Shown here in pieces: positions 37,941-53,447 of a DNA stretch of 64,000 nucleotides. Source of the DNA: Tubulanus polymorphus (Eukaryota; Animalia; Nemertea); NCBI RefSeq assembly GCF_964204645.1, contig NC_134027.1, positions 2,202,485 through 2,266,484 on the forward strand, read 5' to 3'. How positions within the stretch are numbered: the first letter of the stretch is position 1; each line of letters begins with the position of its first letter. A model generated the notes under the pieces. It searched no databases, was not told where the DNA came from, and saw only the letters and a program-made list of their open reading frames with translations. Both the position numbers and the translations under genes were made by a program.

Positions 37941-40900
37941 GATTGCTGCTTTAATATATTCTACCACAAATAAAATCCGTTTTAATTAATTATCGCATTA
38001 AGAGTATGTGACACGAGGCGATGATGTATTCTGCTGATCGAATAATCCAATAACACGCGCTATATTTCACTGAATGAACGATTCATAGAAATGGTAATGT
38101 CTGAAAGAATTACATCAAAGTCAATTTTCAGTCGATGTGTCACATCGAAGGTTTTCATGAAAACAATCAACGTCTCCAGTAGAACCGTAATCACAAGCAA
38201 TAACGGCTGATTTTTCTAATTATGAAATCGTGCGTTGTACTGTTTACTTCTTGTTGTAACGGACCTCCCGGTAATGCTGTTTTACGGGAATCTAAGCGGA
38301 ACACAGGCTTTCATATAAGATCTGAAAAAAAATCACTCAAATTATTGTATGAACAATCGAACAGATGTAATCAATGCGCAGATGCAACGTCGAACTATTA
38401 ATATCAAGTGCCCGGATTTCTATTCCATACGTATCGATATATGCTTATATTCCCTATAGAAATACGTATACACAGTTTAAAAAGTGATTACCTTAGTTTA
38501 AATGCGACAGTTAGGTGCAATTCTTCCGACGATCTTAATACGATATCGCCTGAAAGTAAAGATAGATACACTGATATACTTATGTTCGGTTCTCCCGTTT
38601 CATTAACGCAAGCGCTTATCTTCTCTGCCTAAGACAATCTGTACATAAAAATATCATGAGCAAATCCGCGATCGGGCGTCTCGAGGAGTGGGCTTTAAGA
38701 TCATTGCCGTTTTAGTAGAGTATACATCGACTCGGATCAACCATGGTTATTATTTCGCCATATCCAGACATCCACGAATTATTTATTATCTATTGTGGTG
38801 TATATCCTTCTGTGTTTGGCGAATAGATGATGTTAAAAGAAACATGATCGGCCTGTAATCCCATTTATTATCGAGACATACGAAATTAATCAAACTCATC
38901 TGAAAAACCGAAGATTGAAAAATGCATGTATCTTAATCGTAAAGATTCGGGGGGAAAGTTTTAAATTAGTGCACGTTCTGATAATAACTGCATCCAATCA
39001 GTGACAACTTTTTGCTGAATGCCCAAAACTCATTACCCACGCAAGGGAAAAAACGAATCTACATGATAAGGCAGTAAAAAATTAAGAATTCGTTAAGGAA
39101 AACATTTGATGGTCTTGTACAAGGCCCACAAGACCCTATGGCCTGGTCCAAGACTTTTATTACCAACTTAGGTTTAGGCGCTAATGTCGTTAACGCGCGT
39201 TTTAGTGAACGAAGCGAAGATATCTGAGTCATTGAACTGAAATTAAATTTGACACCGTACTTTTAAAACCTCGCCTGCACGACACGCAGAAATCCGGTTA
39301 AAATGTAACATCAGTGTATCCATGCACGAATTGAAAAACGGATATTACGTGCATCGTGATTCTAACGTGTTCTGTTATGTGATTGGATCATCACACAGTA
39401 TCTAACGGCTGGATACTCAACAATTTCAAGGTTTAGACGAGTCTGAGAATTCACTTGAGCATCATAATATCTTACGAAGCTTTTAACAAAAAAATTTTCT
39501 GCTACCTTTTTGCCATATAGGTGTCGTTTAAATCAATTTGTAATTGTCTTAAGAGCAAAAGAGTATAAAAGCATATTTCTATTGCGTCTTTATGGTCATG
39601 CATTAAAGCAATCGACTTACATGTGTAAAGCTACTCATGCGATTGCAGACCGAATATTCAAAAGCATCTAATGGAATATTCTTATAAAATCTATACAATA
39701 CATATTCTTTTTACACGTGTGTATGCGAACGCACGTTGGAGCGTCTTGAGTGACGGGAACCAATATAGCAAAAGCCATCTCGGTATCGAGTACTTAAGTG
39801 CGACTTTATTGGATACGGACTGTTCGATCGGTACAGCGATCTCATCATCTCGGGACCTTATTCAATTAAACACGCAGACAATGTCAAAGTGTTCGATATA
39901 GTTTTACCTAACGGGTGAGGAGGGGTCTTCCATTACTGAACATTATCTACGAAGTGTTCCCATGCGCTCAGTCGAGAAATGCAAAAAAGCATACGTCGTA
40001 TACATATATTTCGGAACAGATAATTCCTGCTCACGTAAAAGCCTCAATCTATCCGTGATTTTTTACCAAATAATGAATGAATATGTCGGTTTTATGATTA
40101 ATGATTGATTGTAAATAAATGATTGGATATTTGGACGTAGACCAGAATAGAACACAGCATCATACACAGATACGTGTCATTATTCATAGTCCCTAGATAT
40201 CCGTCAGTTAACAACATTTATCATTTCGCTCACTCTCCAAACGTGATCAATCCAGTGAATTAAAAGATGAAACCGAATCCCTGTTTAAGGACAACGCGCA
40301 CGTTTCGTCAAATACATTTAACATATTGACACTGGGCGATATTTTCATTTAATTTGGATAATGTTTTGTGATGTAGCTTAATAAAACCGCTAAGATCCCG
40401 TCATTTCGGGAAATGTGTCATCCTGTTACTAGACTTGAGAGAAAGATGAACAGAACTGTTGTTACTGTCATGAACGACTGTAGAATATCAAGTCGCTGCC
40501 CTGGATGATCGACCATCGCAAAGTGTGAAATATTGTTCACTGCTTTTTACTGACTTTCGTCTATCCAAGTTGCATCACGATGTATATGAACAAAACAGGC
40601 TTTTCAGAGACGCACCGATGATGCGTTCTTTTAAACGTCACTAAATCATTTAGCCTGTAATGTTTTAGCGCGACTTGCACTTATTTTGTTACAAAGGCTG
40701 GAATTGACAGGATACCGGCAAAACTGGGATGAACCAACATTGATTGAATCGGATATAAAGTGACCGTTCACACGATTAGTAAAAAGATGAAGAATAAAGC
40801 CGTGTAATTCGAACGCTTTGTCCCAGAACGCTGAGATAGCTTAACGGTGACGACAAATAGATGTTAGGCGCGTGCTGCGTGGCTCAAATCGCTGTAAATA

Positions 40901-41025
40901 GTTTCCATTCCATGTTTCTCTGAGTTTGGTGTCACAAGTTCAGAATAAGTTCAGAACTATGATACGCAGCTTTTATAGATAAACTCGTATAAATGTAAAC
41001 GTATCCGAAATCTTAGCAATGTTGA

Positions 41026-41170
41026 CGATCAAAGACTCCCCCTGCAGGCGATCGGAGACTCCCTTGCAGACGATTAGACATTCCCAGACGATCAGGGACT
41101 CCCCTGTAAACGATCGGTCACTCCCCTGCATACGATCAAAGACTATCGTGCATAGACGATCGAGACTCCT
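41026..41170. repeat. Degenerate ~22-bp tandem repeat
   Basis: About six units of cgatc..agactcccctgca.a. Confidence 0.7.
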
Positions 41171-44100
41171 AGTGCCGTGGTGATCGTTATCTGTTTTTAC
41201 GTAGAATGACTTCATACACAATTTGATGTAAAAACTGTTTTCGACTGTGATTCATCACCCATAGTGATTCCCGCAGTGTCGAGGGGGTAATTGCTTCGTC
41301 AAACTTCGTAGTTTTTTAAAGCATATTTTGACCACGTGACCTGACGTCATCCATGTTATGAACCGAACAAGCTCGTCCTCTATCATAGATAAAATCCGTG
41401 TAGCCAGAATCTCTGACCGAGGCACATCTGTCGCAAATTGCAAGCCTACCTTTAAATACAACGTATGCCAAATGCGTTTGTCTGATCGGTTAGTTTTCCA
41501 TTTGTCCAATATAATGATTTTCAGGATTTTAACATCACATCATGCACTCACGCTATCGGAAAAGATTAATTATTCTACTTGTATTCTTATTTACTCACTC
41601 ATCTACTCCGAATCAATTCGATATAATGTAAAAATGAGAACATCTCAAACATAAAAAAGTAATATAATACTTATAATCAAAAAGAGATATCGACTGCGCT
41701 TTTTTCTCCAAAGATAACGCATATTGACTTAAATAAGAGGATATGTTTATGGGTATTATATATGGGTATGTCTGGTTGTTTTATTGTTTACACAGATAGG
41801 TTTCATCTACGAAGCTTAACTTTTTATTTTCAATTTGAGTTAAAAGGCTAAAAGCCATTAGTAATATTGATGGCCACCCGTGATGCGTCATTACATTAAG
41901 GATTATCAGTCAGAAGGTTGTTTCATGTACTTTTACTCCTGATCTATAACGCCAAAAGTGATACATCTTCGGAACTTATTCCCTACAACAATGTTTTATC
42001 CCATAATGGTGTAATTGATGAGGTGTTTATCTGAACAAATTGCCTTTTACCAGGTTCTTTATCATCCATTGATAAGCTTTTTGTCGTACATAGCCAAGTA
42101 AATTGGACATCATATACATGTATACGACCTAAAGTATTCTCGGAATAGTCACGATCATACAGCGTCGATCGTATCGTCGTCAGTTCAACACAAACTTGTA
42201 CGAAATAAAACAGAAATTGCTCATCTTAATTGTGATTCAAACTCTATCCCTATAACTATATCTTGATACGTGGTGTAAACAAACATATAAGGTGATTAGC
42301 TTAGGGATGATGTGGTATTACTTGTAGTCAGGCCGTGTGTCTCTTATGGATGAAATTGTCAATCCTCGGTTTATATGATAAAGCTTTCGATGGTATCAAC
42401 CGGCACAAGCGTTTTTGTAGCATGAACCCAGCATTCGCAAATGGAGATAATCCAGAATGATAAAAACACATGGATATCACGATGGATTTAAAACGGCACG
42501 TATATTTTACATATATCTATTTTTAGTTTTTCTGTTAATCTTATTTCGACGCACGTGAAACCATATCAGTATTTCGTGTTTACTAAGGAGTGTCGTCTTG
42601 CGTGTATAATTCAACGAAATATTATTTTAGGACACGGCTTATCTGGACAATGTAAAAGAAACCATTAAATCTCTTTTCTCGAAAATTCGGATCCCTCCTT
42701 AACTTTTCATGATAGTTAAACGTTTATCCAATCTCGTATAAGTAAATATTCAATATCAAGTGAATATGCAATATGTATCTAGTATCAATAATAGTCTGTG
42801 AACTGTTTCTCTTACAAGTGACATATGAGTGATATGCAACTGAGATTAATATCGATGTAGTGGTTTAAACCGTATACATCTATGATCATAAATGTCATTT
42901 AAGCACGCTTCCAATTAGCTTTACATAAAAATGCATTCGTTGTAGACTTGTTAACATTGATAATATACCGCCAAAGATGCTTGAATTTCACCGACGCTAC
43001 AGAAAAGTTAGCTGCTAACTTCAGACAGCGAAATAAGGCCTCATTTATACGGTAACAACGTTAGATTTCCATTTTCTCTCGCAGCATTCTCTTATTGGCG
43101 ACTGAAAGCTCGGCAAAGACGAGACAAAACTGTTTTCAATTTTGTACGCCGAGACCTGGTAAACTGTTCCGAGAGGCCAATTAGACTGACGGGACTGGCT
43201 TCACCGTGTAGTACGTGTGATTAATGGTGCTGTCGTCTTTTAAGTTATGGTTTCAGATTCTTATCTCCAAACTCGATGAAAAAGAATGCGGAAATCAAAG
43301 TCAAGGGAAGCCTAACAGAGTTAAACCTATTGTAAAACGTGGAAATAACCACCAAGAGAATTGCTAGGTCCAGGGGCATCTCTAGTTTTATGCTACGATA
43401 GATTCAAAATGCCCGTCAATATGTTTCAACTTTGCGGCAACTTTTCAAATTCTTTATCGAGAGATATTTCTATAATACTCCGTTTGCAAACGTATAGTTA
43501 AGATGTTGGCTCTCTAACTAACGAGAAGCGACGCAACAGTCAATCTGGTGTTAGTCAATGTAACAGGATTAACTAGAGACGAGACATTTAGCCGAAACGT
43601 CGCTTCCGTCTGCCTGGTTTATCAATTAATGTCAACAGAAAACACACGAAAAAAGCAAACGCTGTCTGTATTTAACTTAGAGATTTTGAGAGTAAAATTT
43701 GCATGTAAAAACGGGACGATGCAAAGACGGTAAGAAATATTTGCTTTATCCGATTTACCGCAAACTTCCCGGATAAAAGTCAGTTCATTTCTAATAACAG
43801 AATTCAATTCGTTGAGTAAATACCACTGAACTTCAAACAACGGTAAAACGGAAATTGCATTAATTCGAACGATTCGAATTCGTTACTGAATCTCTTACGT
43901 AGTTACAGTTCTGACCAGTGTTGAGAGATTTATATCGCTATCGCTGTAATAAACGACTTTGAATTGTACTGGTAATGCGGACATTAGTGTTAGATTATAA
44001 GTAATAAAATGGCCACAAATCAGATGACGAGTTGGTGTTCTACACCGGATTAGCTGCTGACGATGGTAGAGTATTGACGTGGGACATGAAAGCATACATT

Positions 44101-45288
44101 ACAATGAAACGGGAAACAGCGTCCGGGAAAATATTGCCATAACTGCTACGATCGGTCGGCGGTTTTAATTGAGTCTTTGTTGTATACCTCGTCACTCAAT
44201 TACTTCAGTCAATATAACCGCCACTATACGTTGACCTGTTCATCTTCCATCGAGATACAGTTGAGGCAACTGAAGAAGTACAAAAGCTAGATGCTATTAT
44301 CTATGAAAAGAGGACATAGAAATGAGAACCTTCCTAAGAGCGACAAAATTACATATCTCTATTCGTACTATACAGGGGACTTCCACTAAAAGAGGCAGGC
44401 GTGGATCGAAGGGTCTTGTGCGCCTTGTACAAAATTGTACGCCTTGCTAAAAACACCTTCAAATATGCCTTTTCGTTGATGAAGAATACACTTGAATGTG
44501 ACAAAAGACACTGGACCCGTCCCGAGAGGGCGTTCAACGACTATGAAATACTAACGGACGGACATAATAACTGCATGACCATATAAATACACGATGTAGA
44601 ATTGCGAATTTCGAATTGCTCGTTTGCACTGAAAGCGTAGAATCAAGAAAATGATCGGGTCTCCTTCAGTATGGTAGTTGAATACTTTCGACTCCCGCAT
44701 CTTATCAATGTAGAATTACGTCAAAAGTATCAATCATCATTGAAAATACATTCTACCAACCACAACAAACGGAGTTAAAAGTTAAGTTGTCGTTTTAGAA
44801 TATTTGACAGACGAACTTTACACGGTAATTCAGTTGAACTGAAATGACGTATCTCCAGGGAGAATCTTTTGATCGTCAACGAATGATGTTAACTACTCGC
44901 CTTATGACATGAGGTCCCTGCGGGAATAGTGACGTTTTGAATTTGATCCATTAGATATTTCTGACGAGATAATCAATCAGCCTTTAATGAATAAACGACA
45001 AAGCAACTTCCATGAATTTTTCGAATTCTCATTACAAGTCTATCGTACCTTAAACAGTGTTGCTTTGAGAGGATTTAATTCATTAGAAAAAATACAAAAT
45101 AAATGTATTTCATTATATTTGATTTCCATCCGGGACGTTGCGGGAGTTTAAGTTCCCGGTACGAATCACCATTGACGAAACTCTCACTCTGTATTGTAAC
45201 AATCATGTTCAGTATATATAAATATCCCATGATAAGAATGAAAAATGAAGAGTCCGAAATGTTTCCTTGAATTAGTATAGTTTATATC

Positions 45289-45323
45289 AACGTTTCGACT
45301 ATTATACTAATAGTCATCTTCAG
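45289..45323 (-). other. Minimal hammerhead-ribozyme-like motif (Penelope/retrozyme type)
   Basis: The minus strand reads CTGAAGA-t-GACTATTA-gta-TAATAGTC-GAAAC-gtt: an intact CUGANGA/GAAA core with an 8-bp stem II. Stem I is not evident. Confidence 0.45.
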
Positions 45324-47826
45324 TCCTCATTCTTATTTTGGGATGTTATATCATCCCGGTACGAATCTTGTGCGAATACTTAAGACAGAAAGTAGCTGCA
45401 CCTGTGGCGCAAAGGGTATCGTACCGTGAGATGAGAATAGATTGGGTTAAATTAAAGGGATTTGAAACTAAATCGACTTGGGATTTCATCCATTCTATAC
45501 GTTTTGCTCGACAAATTAAATCTGACAGGAGGAATCTATGCGACGTACGTGTCTTCAACAGAAAAAAAGAGAGAGAACATAAGAAAACCAAATACGTGAT
45601 TTTATTGTTTAGCTCTTAACACCGATCTATAGCGGGCGTCAACGAGTTAAAGTACCAACCATTTGTAGACTTTGCTAATGCATAATTCAAATAAACACCA
45701 ACGGATAGAGGACAACTTATTGCTTATATTTCCCTACACCTCATATGTTCCGATTGGTTTAGAATGTAATGGTATGAATTATAGATAATATGGGTACAGG
45801 AGGGTATGTATTTTCATCTTGTATCGCGTCACTCAATATGTGGAATTGCGTTGAGTTGCAATCGTCGTACATCAAGAAATTCACTTTAACGCCCTGAAGA
45901 AAAAAAGTGTATCCGTCATGTGGTGACAGTGAATTTGATTATGTTTTAAATGTCGTTTCTTTGAAGCAATTTCGTTTCTTCGATTGCTTTCTCATGTAAA
46001 TGAGAATTGAATTGAACAGTTAAAACTGTAGTCATCGATCTCAGTACTCGAACGACTCGCTGGGTACGTCGCACTTTTCATCAGGTAATTCAGAAATGGT
46101 TGTCACTTCAGATCGACTTATTCGCGGTCTGGGAAAAAAATAGATCACGTACAAAATCTGACCGATCACGGCGTCAGAATAATGTATGTGTAGGAGTGTG
46201 TAAGTCTTGATTAGTAAGAGGCATGTATCCGTGGGTGTTGACCAACGAGCCACGTTGAATTCTGATCATTGATTTCCTAAACGTCCGTGATGGTTTCGAT
46301 CAATGTCTGTCTAGAATCTTTCCGTCTTTATTCTCCGAACTCTTGTCGCGGTTTATCAGCTTTTCAATGGCATAATATAAAGAATACACGCGAAAGGAAG
46401 ATTGATGGGACTTTTTCAAGATTTTCTGTAACACTGTAATAGTGTGAATCGTGGCAATGGTGATTATGATATTTTTGAAAACGAGAACCAGTTTATTGTG
46501 AGGAATACTAAGAATTCGATTCATTGTCGACGCGTTCAATCGCTGCTAATTAGTAACAAGCTGTTGTCTCGTACCGCATACGACGGAGTTCATTATTACC
46601 GCAAATTGAGGACAGTGTTTCGCCGCTTGAGTTCCCACTGGGACCAAACCCCCGCGAGAAAATACCGTAATGGCTAAACGTGCAAGATTTGCATTTAATC
46701 ATGTGCGTATAGTAACTATTCGCCCTAAAATGCTATCTACAATCTCACTGGGGAATACATTCTAGTATGCCAGTCTGTAAACTAAAGCGAGGAGATAAAT
46801 CAGTGTTGATTATTTTAATGGCGCTGTTCAATGATAGTCACTACGAATTAGAATCATTTATATTCTAATGATGATCCGTTCGTAATTTTCCAAACACCTG
46901 TTAACCCTGTTCGCGAACCGAAACAGCAATTCACATTATGCCTGAATAATTTGAGCATGAAAATTAATTCTATATTTTCAATCATTCGCCGATAAGTGAA
47001 GAATTTTTTTTCTAATCAATATCTGCGGGTATGAAAATGATTCATATATTTTCTTTGGTTTGCTTTGAAATGTATCCTCGACGCTATTATACATGGTGTA
47101 TTATTAGCATTGATGGTGGAGTCAGCACGTTTATTTCTGATAGTTAGAACCTTACGTGCGTAATTAGCATAAAAATATGTTTTGATTCAGTTTGTGAAGA
47201 CACGCATCACGGTAACTCTCTCCCACTCCTATTACTCCATCTGTTCCGCTACGCATTCAAATGATGCTTTCACGTTATTTGACGTTGCGTCTCGCTGATT
47301 CAATGAGTTATTTCGGCGAAAAAATTACGAACTTTAGCAAGGAAGTTCCTGTAGTGACTTCCTGAAATCAGATTTTTAGATTATTCTCGCTTTTAAGTGG
47401 GAATCTGAGATGCATGTTTCAATCGAACTAAGTTTTGAGCGCACGTAACTTGGTAGGGTGTAACCACAAAGTCATGTCCCTCGTTCGTGAGTGAACACGA
47501 TAGATTTACGTCATTTTCTCTTCGTTAAGACGTCACAGTTTAACTATAAATAACTGATACTTAATGATAACGTTGCATCATATTCAATGATTTGATCAAT
47601 TACCCGCCGCACGACGGGCAAATACGAAATATTATGATTAAGTATATTTGTAAGTTTAAAGTATGAGATGAATCGCCTCTAGCGACATGGATAACAAGCA
47701 TTCGAACGAATATCCTAAAAGCAGGGTTCCTTTTCCACATATCGTAGCATTCACTAAAAATTACCTCAAATTGACTGCGTTACGAATGTCCCTTTCGTTT
47801 TTTAATACGAGCGCGACATAACTAGA

Positions 47827-47872
47827 TATACATATATATATATATATAGATATATATATATATATATATATT
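47827..47872. repeat. (TA)n microsatellite
   Basis: Run of ta dinucleotides. Confidence 0.9.
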
Positions 47873-50145
47873 TTGAATGTCGTAAGAGTTGTTCGGCGCA
47901 TGCTAAACCGGCCGGATATTCATCCATCAGGAATACACAGTATAGGCAACAGGCTATAAAGACAAAGATGAATTGTCAAACTGGGACATATTTTATTGTT
48001 TATCATTATCATAGGTAAATCTTGATTTAGCCGTCACGTGAAGCATTATTGCTTTATGAACTGTTAAGCGATAACAACGTGGCCATTGTTGGGAATTGGG
48101 AATTTCTGCTGTTTTCCTATCCGTAAATAATGTAGCGTCGGGAATTGTGTAGGCCGGTATCACGAAGTCGATTAGGGGTACGCGATCATAGCCTTGGAGC
48201 GTGGCATTTTTCGATGAATCATACACATAATCTCCGCAATCTGACGTAGAAGCCCTAGCCTAAAACCAGACCAGACGGATTAGAGATTTTTATAAGCCTT
48301 CATTGGCTTCATCTAATCTCCTCCACATTATATTAAAACATTTCATATTTGTATATCTCTTTATGACATGTTGTAATTTTATTGTGGAAATAGATTTATT
48401 AAAGCCCTAACCAGACCCCAGTTATATTAGTCCCGGGCTAACTAAGAGAATGGCGATTCCACAGTAGCGTTCAAACGTAAATCACTCACTCGTCACCAAA
48501 ATGCTATTAAAACGTGCTATGGCAAGTGAGGTGAATCGCGACCAGAACCAGTTGGCATTCACAAGGAATAATTTCATCAGCGCTAAAATTTGGCACGGGC
48601 CTGCGTCCGGGCCAAATTTGGGTCTACACACTCTTGATGGCGGTTCTCGCCATTTTTCAGAAAATATCTTCGTTATTTGCTATGACAGTTGCTTAACCGA
48701 AAGTCACGATACACTTAAATTGAACTGATAAACCTACAATTAAAATGGATCAGACGCAATTATCTGAGCGATAACACTCTAATCAGACTGACGACGAAAT
48801 AAGTCGTACTGCGTTAATGATTATGACAAACAACATCAAAACGAAGTTGACATTTAAATCAACGTGAAACAAATGCTCGAAACTTCATCATGAAATAACA
48901 GGAAAGATTTTTGTATTTTCATAATCGAAAATCATTTTCTTCGCATTTGCGTTAATGAGAAAAAGAAATTAGGTTTTTCAAATGGATAACTGATGCATGG
49001 TGAACATGTCTTTTCTGGCACCGATAACGTAATGATAACTTTGGATTCGAGAAATGAAAAAAAAGCTAAGAAAGTGTTTTGATGAAAAAGTTCACAGCGC
49101 ATACTTACGAGTGATGCATTTTATCCGGTGAATGTGATTAGTGCGTCCATTTGAAAGTAAATGGCGAGATTCAGACCACGTGTGGATTGATATAGTTGAA
49201 GATAGCGTTGTATCACTACTCGACTAGTGCCTGTCACTGGGGTGTCGCGCAACTTTTATACTCTTCCGTAAACATTCGGAGCAAATCAGATACGCCGGAT
49301 ACTGGACGTTGCCATACCAACACCCAAAGAGAAGACGGCGTACAATCTGTGGACAAAAACTTGTGTTTCTAGTTTGCTATGCGATACAGTTTCCGAACAA
49401 GACCAACAGAAAATCAAAAATTACCATCCAAAATATTTAGTCTAATAATGCGTAGCAATTGGTGTCCCTTGGCGTTGAAAAGTCATATGTTTAGCGAGCA
49501 TTCTGAAATATGTTTATCCGGAACTTGAAAACTCTGGTGGCATCATTTTGTCGACTTTCTTTGACTACTGCTTTTTCATACAAGTCTGTAATTGTGAAAA
49601 CAAAACAATCTTAGAACTCCCACCATCGAAAAATAACGTTCAATCCAGCTAACGAGATGTCAAACACAAACAACGCGTCCAATTTAGTAGATCACGTGTT
49701 GTTCGTATAGACGGAAATGTTTTATTGTTTTACTCCTGGTGAAATTGAATTTCTTCTTTGACTTCATAAACAATAGTGAAATTGAAATCAATGTTTTCAG
49801 TGCGTAGTGGCTAGAAAACGCACATACAGAAATGAATGTATACACATTGCCTATTGCCATCGAAACCCACATACCCTGGTTTCTCTAGTTTTATTAAATA
49901 TCAATGATCCTCAATTTTTCGAAAGTAGCTTATTATCTGATTCTCCAGATCTGATAGTATATTGAAAAGTACTCCACTACTGTTCAACTTTCGAGTTCCA
50001 TATCATTGGAGTATTTCGAATATGACATATTGCGACCGATCATCTAATTAGAGCAACATCATTTGTGTTTGATATAGAATTTGAATTATATATATCATAA
50101 ACTATCATCACTTAATTAAGTAAATAGAGGAGCCGTTGTTGAATC

Positions 50146-50332
50146 AGTAACACGCTCGTAGAGACGGATAGTACTTATGGGTTAACTAGTTATCGCTACT
50201 TGTGTATAGTAGCCTCATCAGGTAAATGAATGTTCACTCATTTACCTGATGAATCAACTAGCTCGTATCATGAATATATACAACTAGTTAACCTATGAAG
50301 TGGTACTGTCCGTCGTAACGAACGTTGTTACT
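50146..50332. mobile_element. Degenerate palindromic MITE-like element
   Basis: Outer arms agtaacacgctcgta..gacggatagtac..ggttaactagtt versus aactagttaacc..gtactgtccgtc..acgaacgttgttact. Inner hairpin tcatcaggtaaatga versus tcatttacctgatga. Confidence 0.55.
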
Positions 50333-50629
50333 ATCTATCACTTCGTATCACTTCGTTTTTTGGTCGATATGAAAAAATACTCCTTCGGCAATGGCAGTAG
50401 CATTTAATGCGGGCATTTGTTTAAAAAACTTAACTCTTTTGTCAAAAGATGCGACGGCTGTTTTGTATTGGTAATATCACGCGTTGAGGCTATTCGTAGA
50501 ACAAGCCTTTGGCATAAATGAATAGCACCACTGCATCCGTTCGTTTATATATTGTTCATAATTCAAACGGATTAAATTCATGTTAAACTCCGCTTCTGTT
50601 GTGGTAGAATTCTATATAGCGGTACGAAC

Positions 50630-50770
50630 AGAAAGAGAGAGCGAGGGAGGGAGAGAGATATAGAGAGAAGGAGGAAGGGAAATGTGGAGGGATGGAGATA
50701 TCAGGGAGAGAGGGTGGAAGGGATAGGGTGGGGAAGAGAGTGAGGGAGAGGGAGAGAACGAGAGATAGAA
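50630..50770. repeat. Polypurine (GA-rich) low-complexity tract
   Basis: About 140 bp consisting almost entirely of G and A on the + strand. Confidence 0.8.
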
Positions 50771-53447
50771 TACAAACTGTTTCAGCGCTGTGTAATCGCC
50801 ATTTGGTCATTTAGGTTGTGGAATTATTTGGATAACACCCGACAAACCAATAAGTATATGACAATGTGTGTACCAAACAATCAACTAGCCAGCTCAGTTC
50901 TACTCGGTCAAGATACACCGGTTTAAAGCTATCAGTCACGACCGAATTTTCTGTACAAATCGTCCCGAGCAGGCTAATAACATGTTTAGATGATCCGCGC
51001 CATTTTTGGCGTATACGTGTTCGGCTATTAATGAACAGCGGTCGGCGGCCATACCGTATAGTCCTAATAATATTTGTTACACACTGTCAAAACTACATCG
51101 TGGTTTCATCGGTGTGGTGATGGCAACAGGGCTAATCAGATCGGTGTGTATTAGTGACGGGAACGTGATGTCGTAGTACTTCCAACATTTCATTTATTCC
51201 GAAACATTCGATGTTACACATTGCTTTAGAAAACGTACTACAAACACACACGAAGATTCTCAATTCTTCAATTAGCTCGACGTTCCCTTGAGACAATTCC
51301 GATTACAACTGAAACTCCCACGAGTCAACTTCACATTTTGTGAATAAAGTATTTCAAATCGGGGCTGAAAAATTGAAAATAATTTCATTTTCTGCGTACG
51401 ATTAAAACTACCCCTATTAAGGAATGTTGGATCTTGAAGAAATTACGATAGTTCCATTCTTCAAGAGTTTCGCATATCGGCTCTATTAGCATATCACCCG
51501 GATTATAACCAGTTTCCATATGTTTGAAATCGAAAATGTTGTCGGAGATGAACGTCACGAGCTACGTGATGGGGCGATTGAAGACAGGCCTCAAATTCAT
51601 CCGTTCAAACGTTCATTTGATTCCCCAGCAGCTAGATAGGAAATTATTTCTGAATGAACTGATCTGAAATCCCATTACGCTCAGAATCACCTGCGGATCA
51701 TATTTAAAAGCCTAGTTTTTCATATTTCATTTATGAAATTGATGTTCAAACGTGATTTTACCATCAGATCTCTGCCACTCATTTTAAAGTGAAATTAGCG
51801 TTTCATTAAAAAAATAACTTTTGAGAACAGCGAAACATAGCTTTTGCCTGGTTTATACCGAGGAGATTTTATATAGTAATTTTTCATCAAAAAGTTATCG
51901 ACTGACAAGAAATGCTGCTGGCGTGGAAAAATATCCGTTCGTCAAAACACAGTTAAATCATATGCTTTGACTGAGGCAATGTAAATGAATGTTCTCACAA
52001 TATTGAGACTCCAGGGAATCGTACCTCATCACTACGTTCGTTTACATTGTTTATCATTTCTGTACGATTTTCCACGTAAATTGTCGTTTAACCGAAATTG
52101 AATTGTCTCGTTTAGATGCACAGGTAAATTGACGCTAGCGGTCGTATTTTCTGATTTCGATTAGCAGTAATGTTTATTCCTGTTTCGGCGCGCTATGGAT
52201 TAACAGCAATGTCTGTTAAAGGTTTAGTTAATCGAGTGAAAGAAAGAACGCAGTTTTTGTTGGTGGCTTTAATGAGTGCGTATATACGAGTTACGTAGGT
52301 TGGGGTTCTATTCAATTTTGATATGATACCAGACAGACGATTCGAAATCATTCGCCATCTATACGCGATTCCTGGTGTTAGAAACACGGGCCAGTTTTGT
52401 CTTTAAATTGACTAGAATTGTCTCTCCCTGATTAGAAATTAAAACTGTTATTTAAACCAGCCCTGGATCTATGTGTCTTGTAGTTATAGACATAAAGTGC
52501 GACTGTACGTTCTATATATGATTTTTCTGTCTCCTCGGTGATTGCTACTCGATATTTGCGTAGAAAATATACAAGCCATCGATGATGTCCACTATTTCTG
52601 ATTTATAAGTGTACATAATAATGTACATAATAATATGGTACATAATATGAATGGAGATTCATGTGAATTGTGCTTATGAGGAATCATTTTATCTAGGTCT
52701 ATATTTTCACGTTTTTGCGAACATCAAGATGCGTTGTTTTCAGAATCATGGAGTGCGTGTTGGTCACAACGTCTTAGACGGTGTCAACTATCGACTCGGT
52801 TTTATCGCTGCCTGTCCAGAATCGCGAGTTTCTAGCGGAATCGTCTGAAGAACACTGTCAATCAGTATGCAAGCGATACAACTCATTATAAATCATGCGA
52901 TGAACTAAAACGATTAACTTCGAATATATATCTGTGACCGATAGAATAAAGCGACGGCTGAACCGTTCCATTGCAGAGTCTGTTTGAATGCCGACTGCCA
53001 ATACTAATTTTTGATAAATAAAAAGGGATATAATGATTGATTTAACTGTTTCTTTTTGAGAATTTTAAGATTCGTACATCTGAAATGAAATACCTTATAT
53101 CGCTAAGACGTATTATCATCACAGTAACGATTGTAACATATTGTGTAAAAAGTAACAATGAAATGAGATCAATGAGGAATATATGCCTATATATGTATGT
53201 CCATTACGAAGGCGTATGTGTTTTGCCAAATTGCTACCATCAGTGGTAATTGCATGTTGTGTTTTTGTTTGTGTTTATCAACACTTAATAAAAAGTATAC
53301 ATGTATGAATGCAGAGTAGACTTGTAATCGTACGACAAATTTTCTAGAAAATTGTGTAAGTTTAAGTATAATTTTTCTACTTTCTCTACGTATTTAACTC
53401 TTTCCTGGTTGCGGTTTGTAATTGTTTTTCGTGGTTGGGTTACAGAA

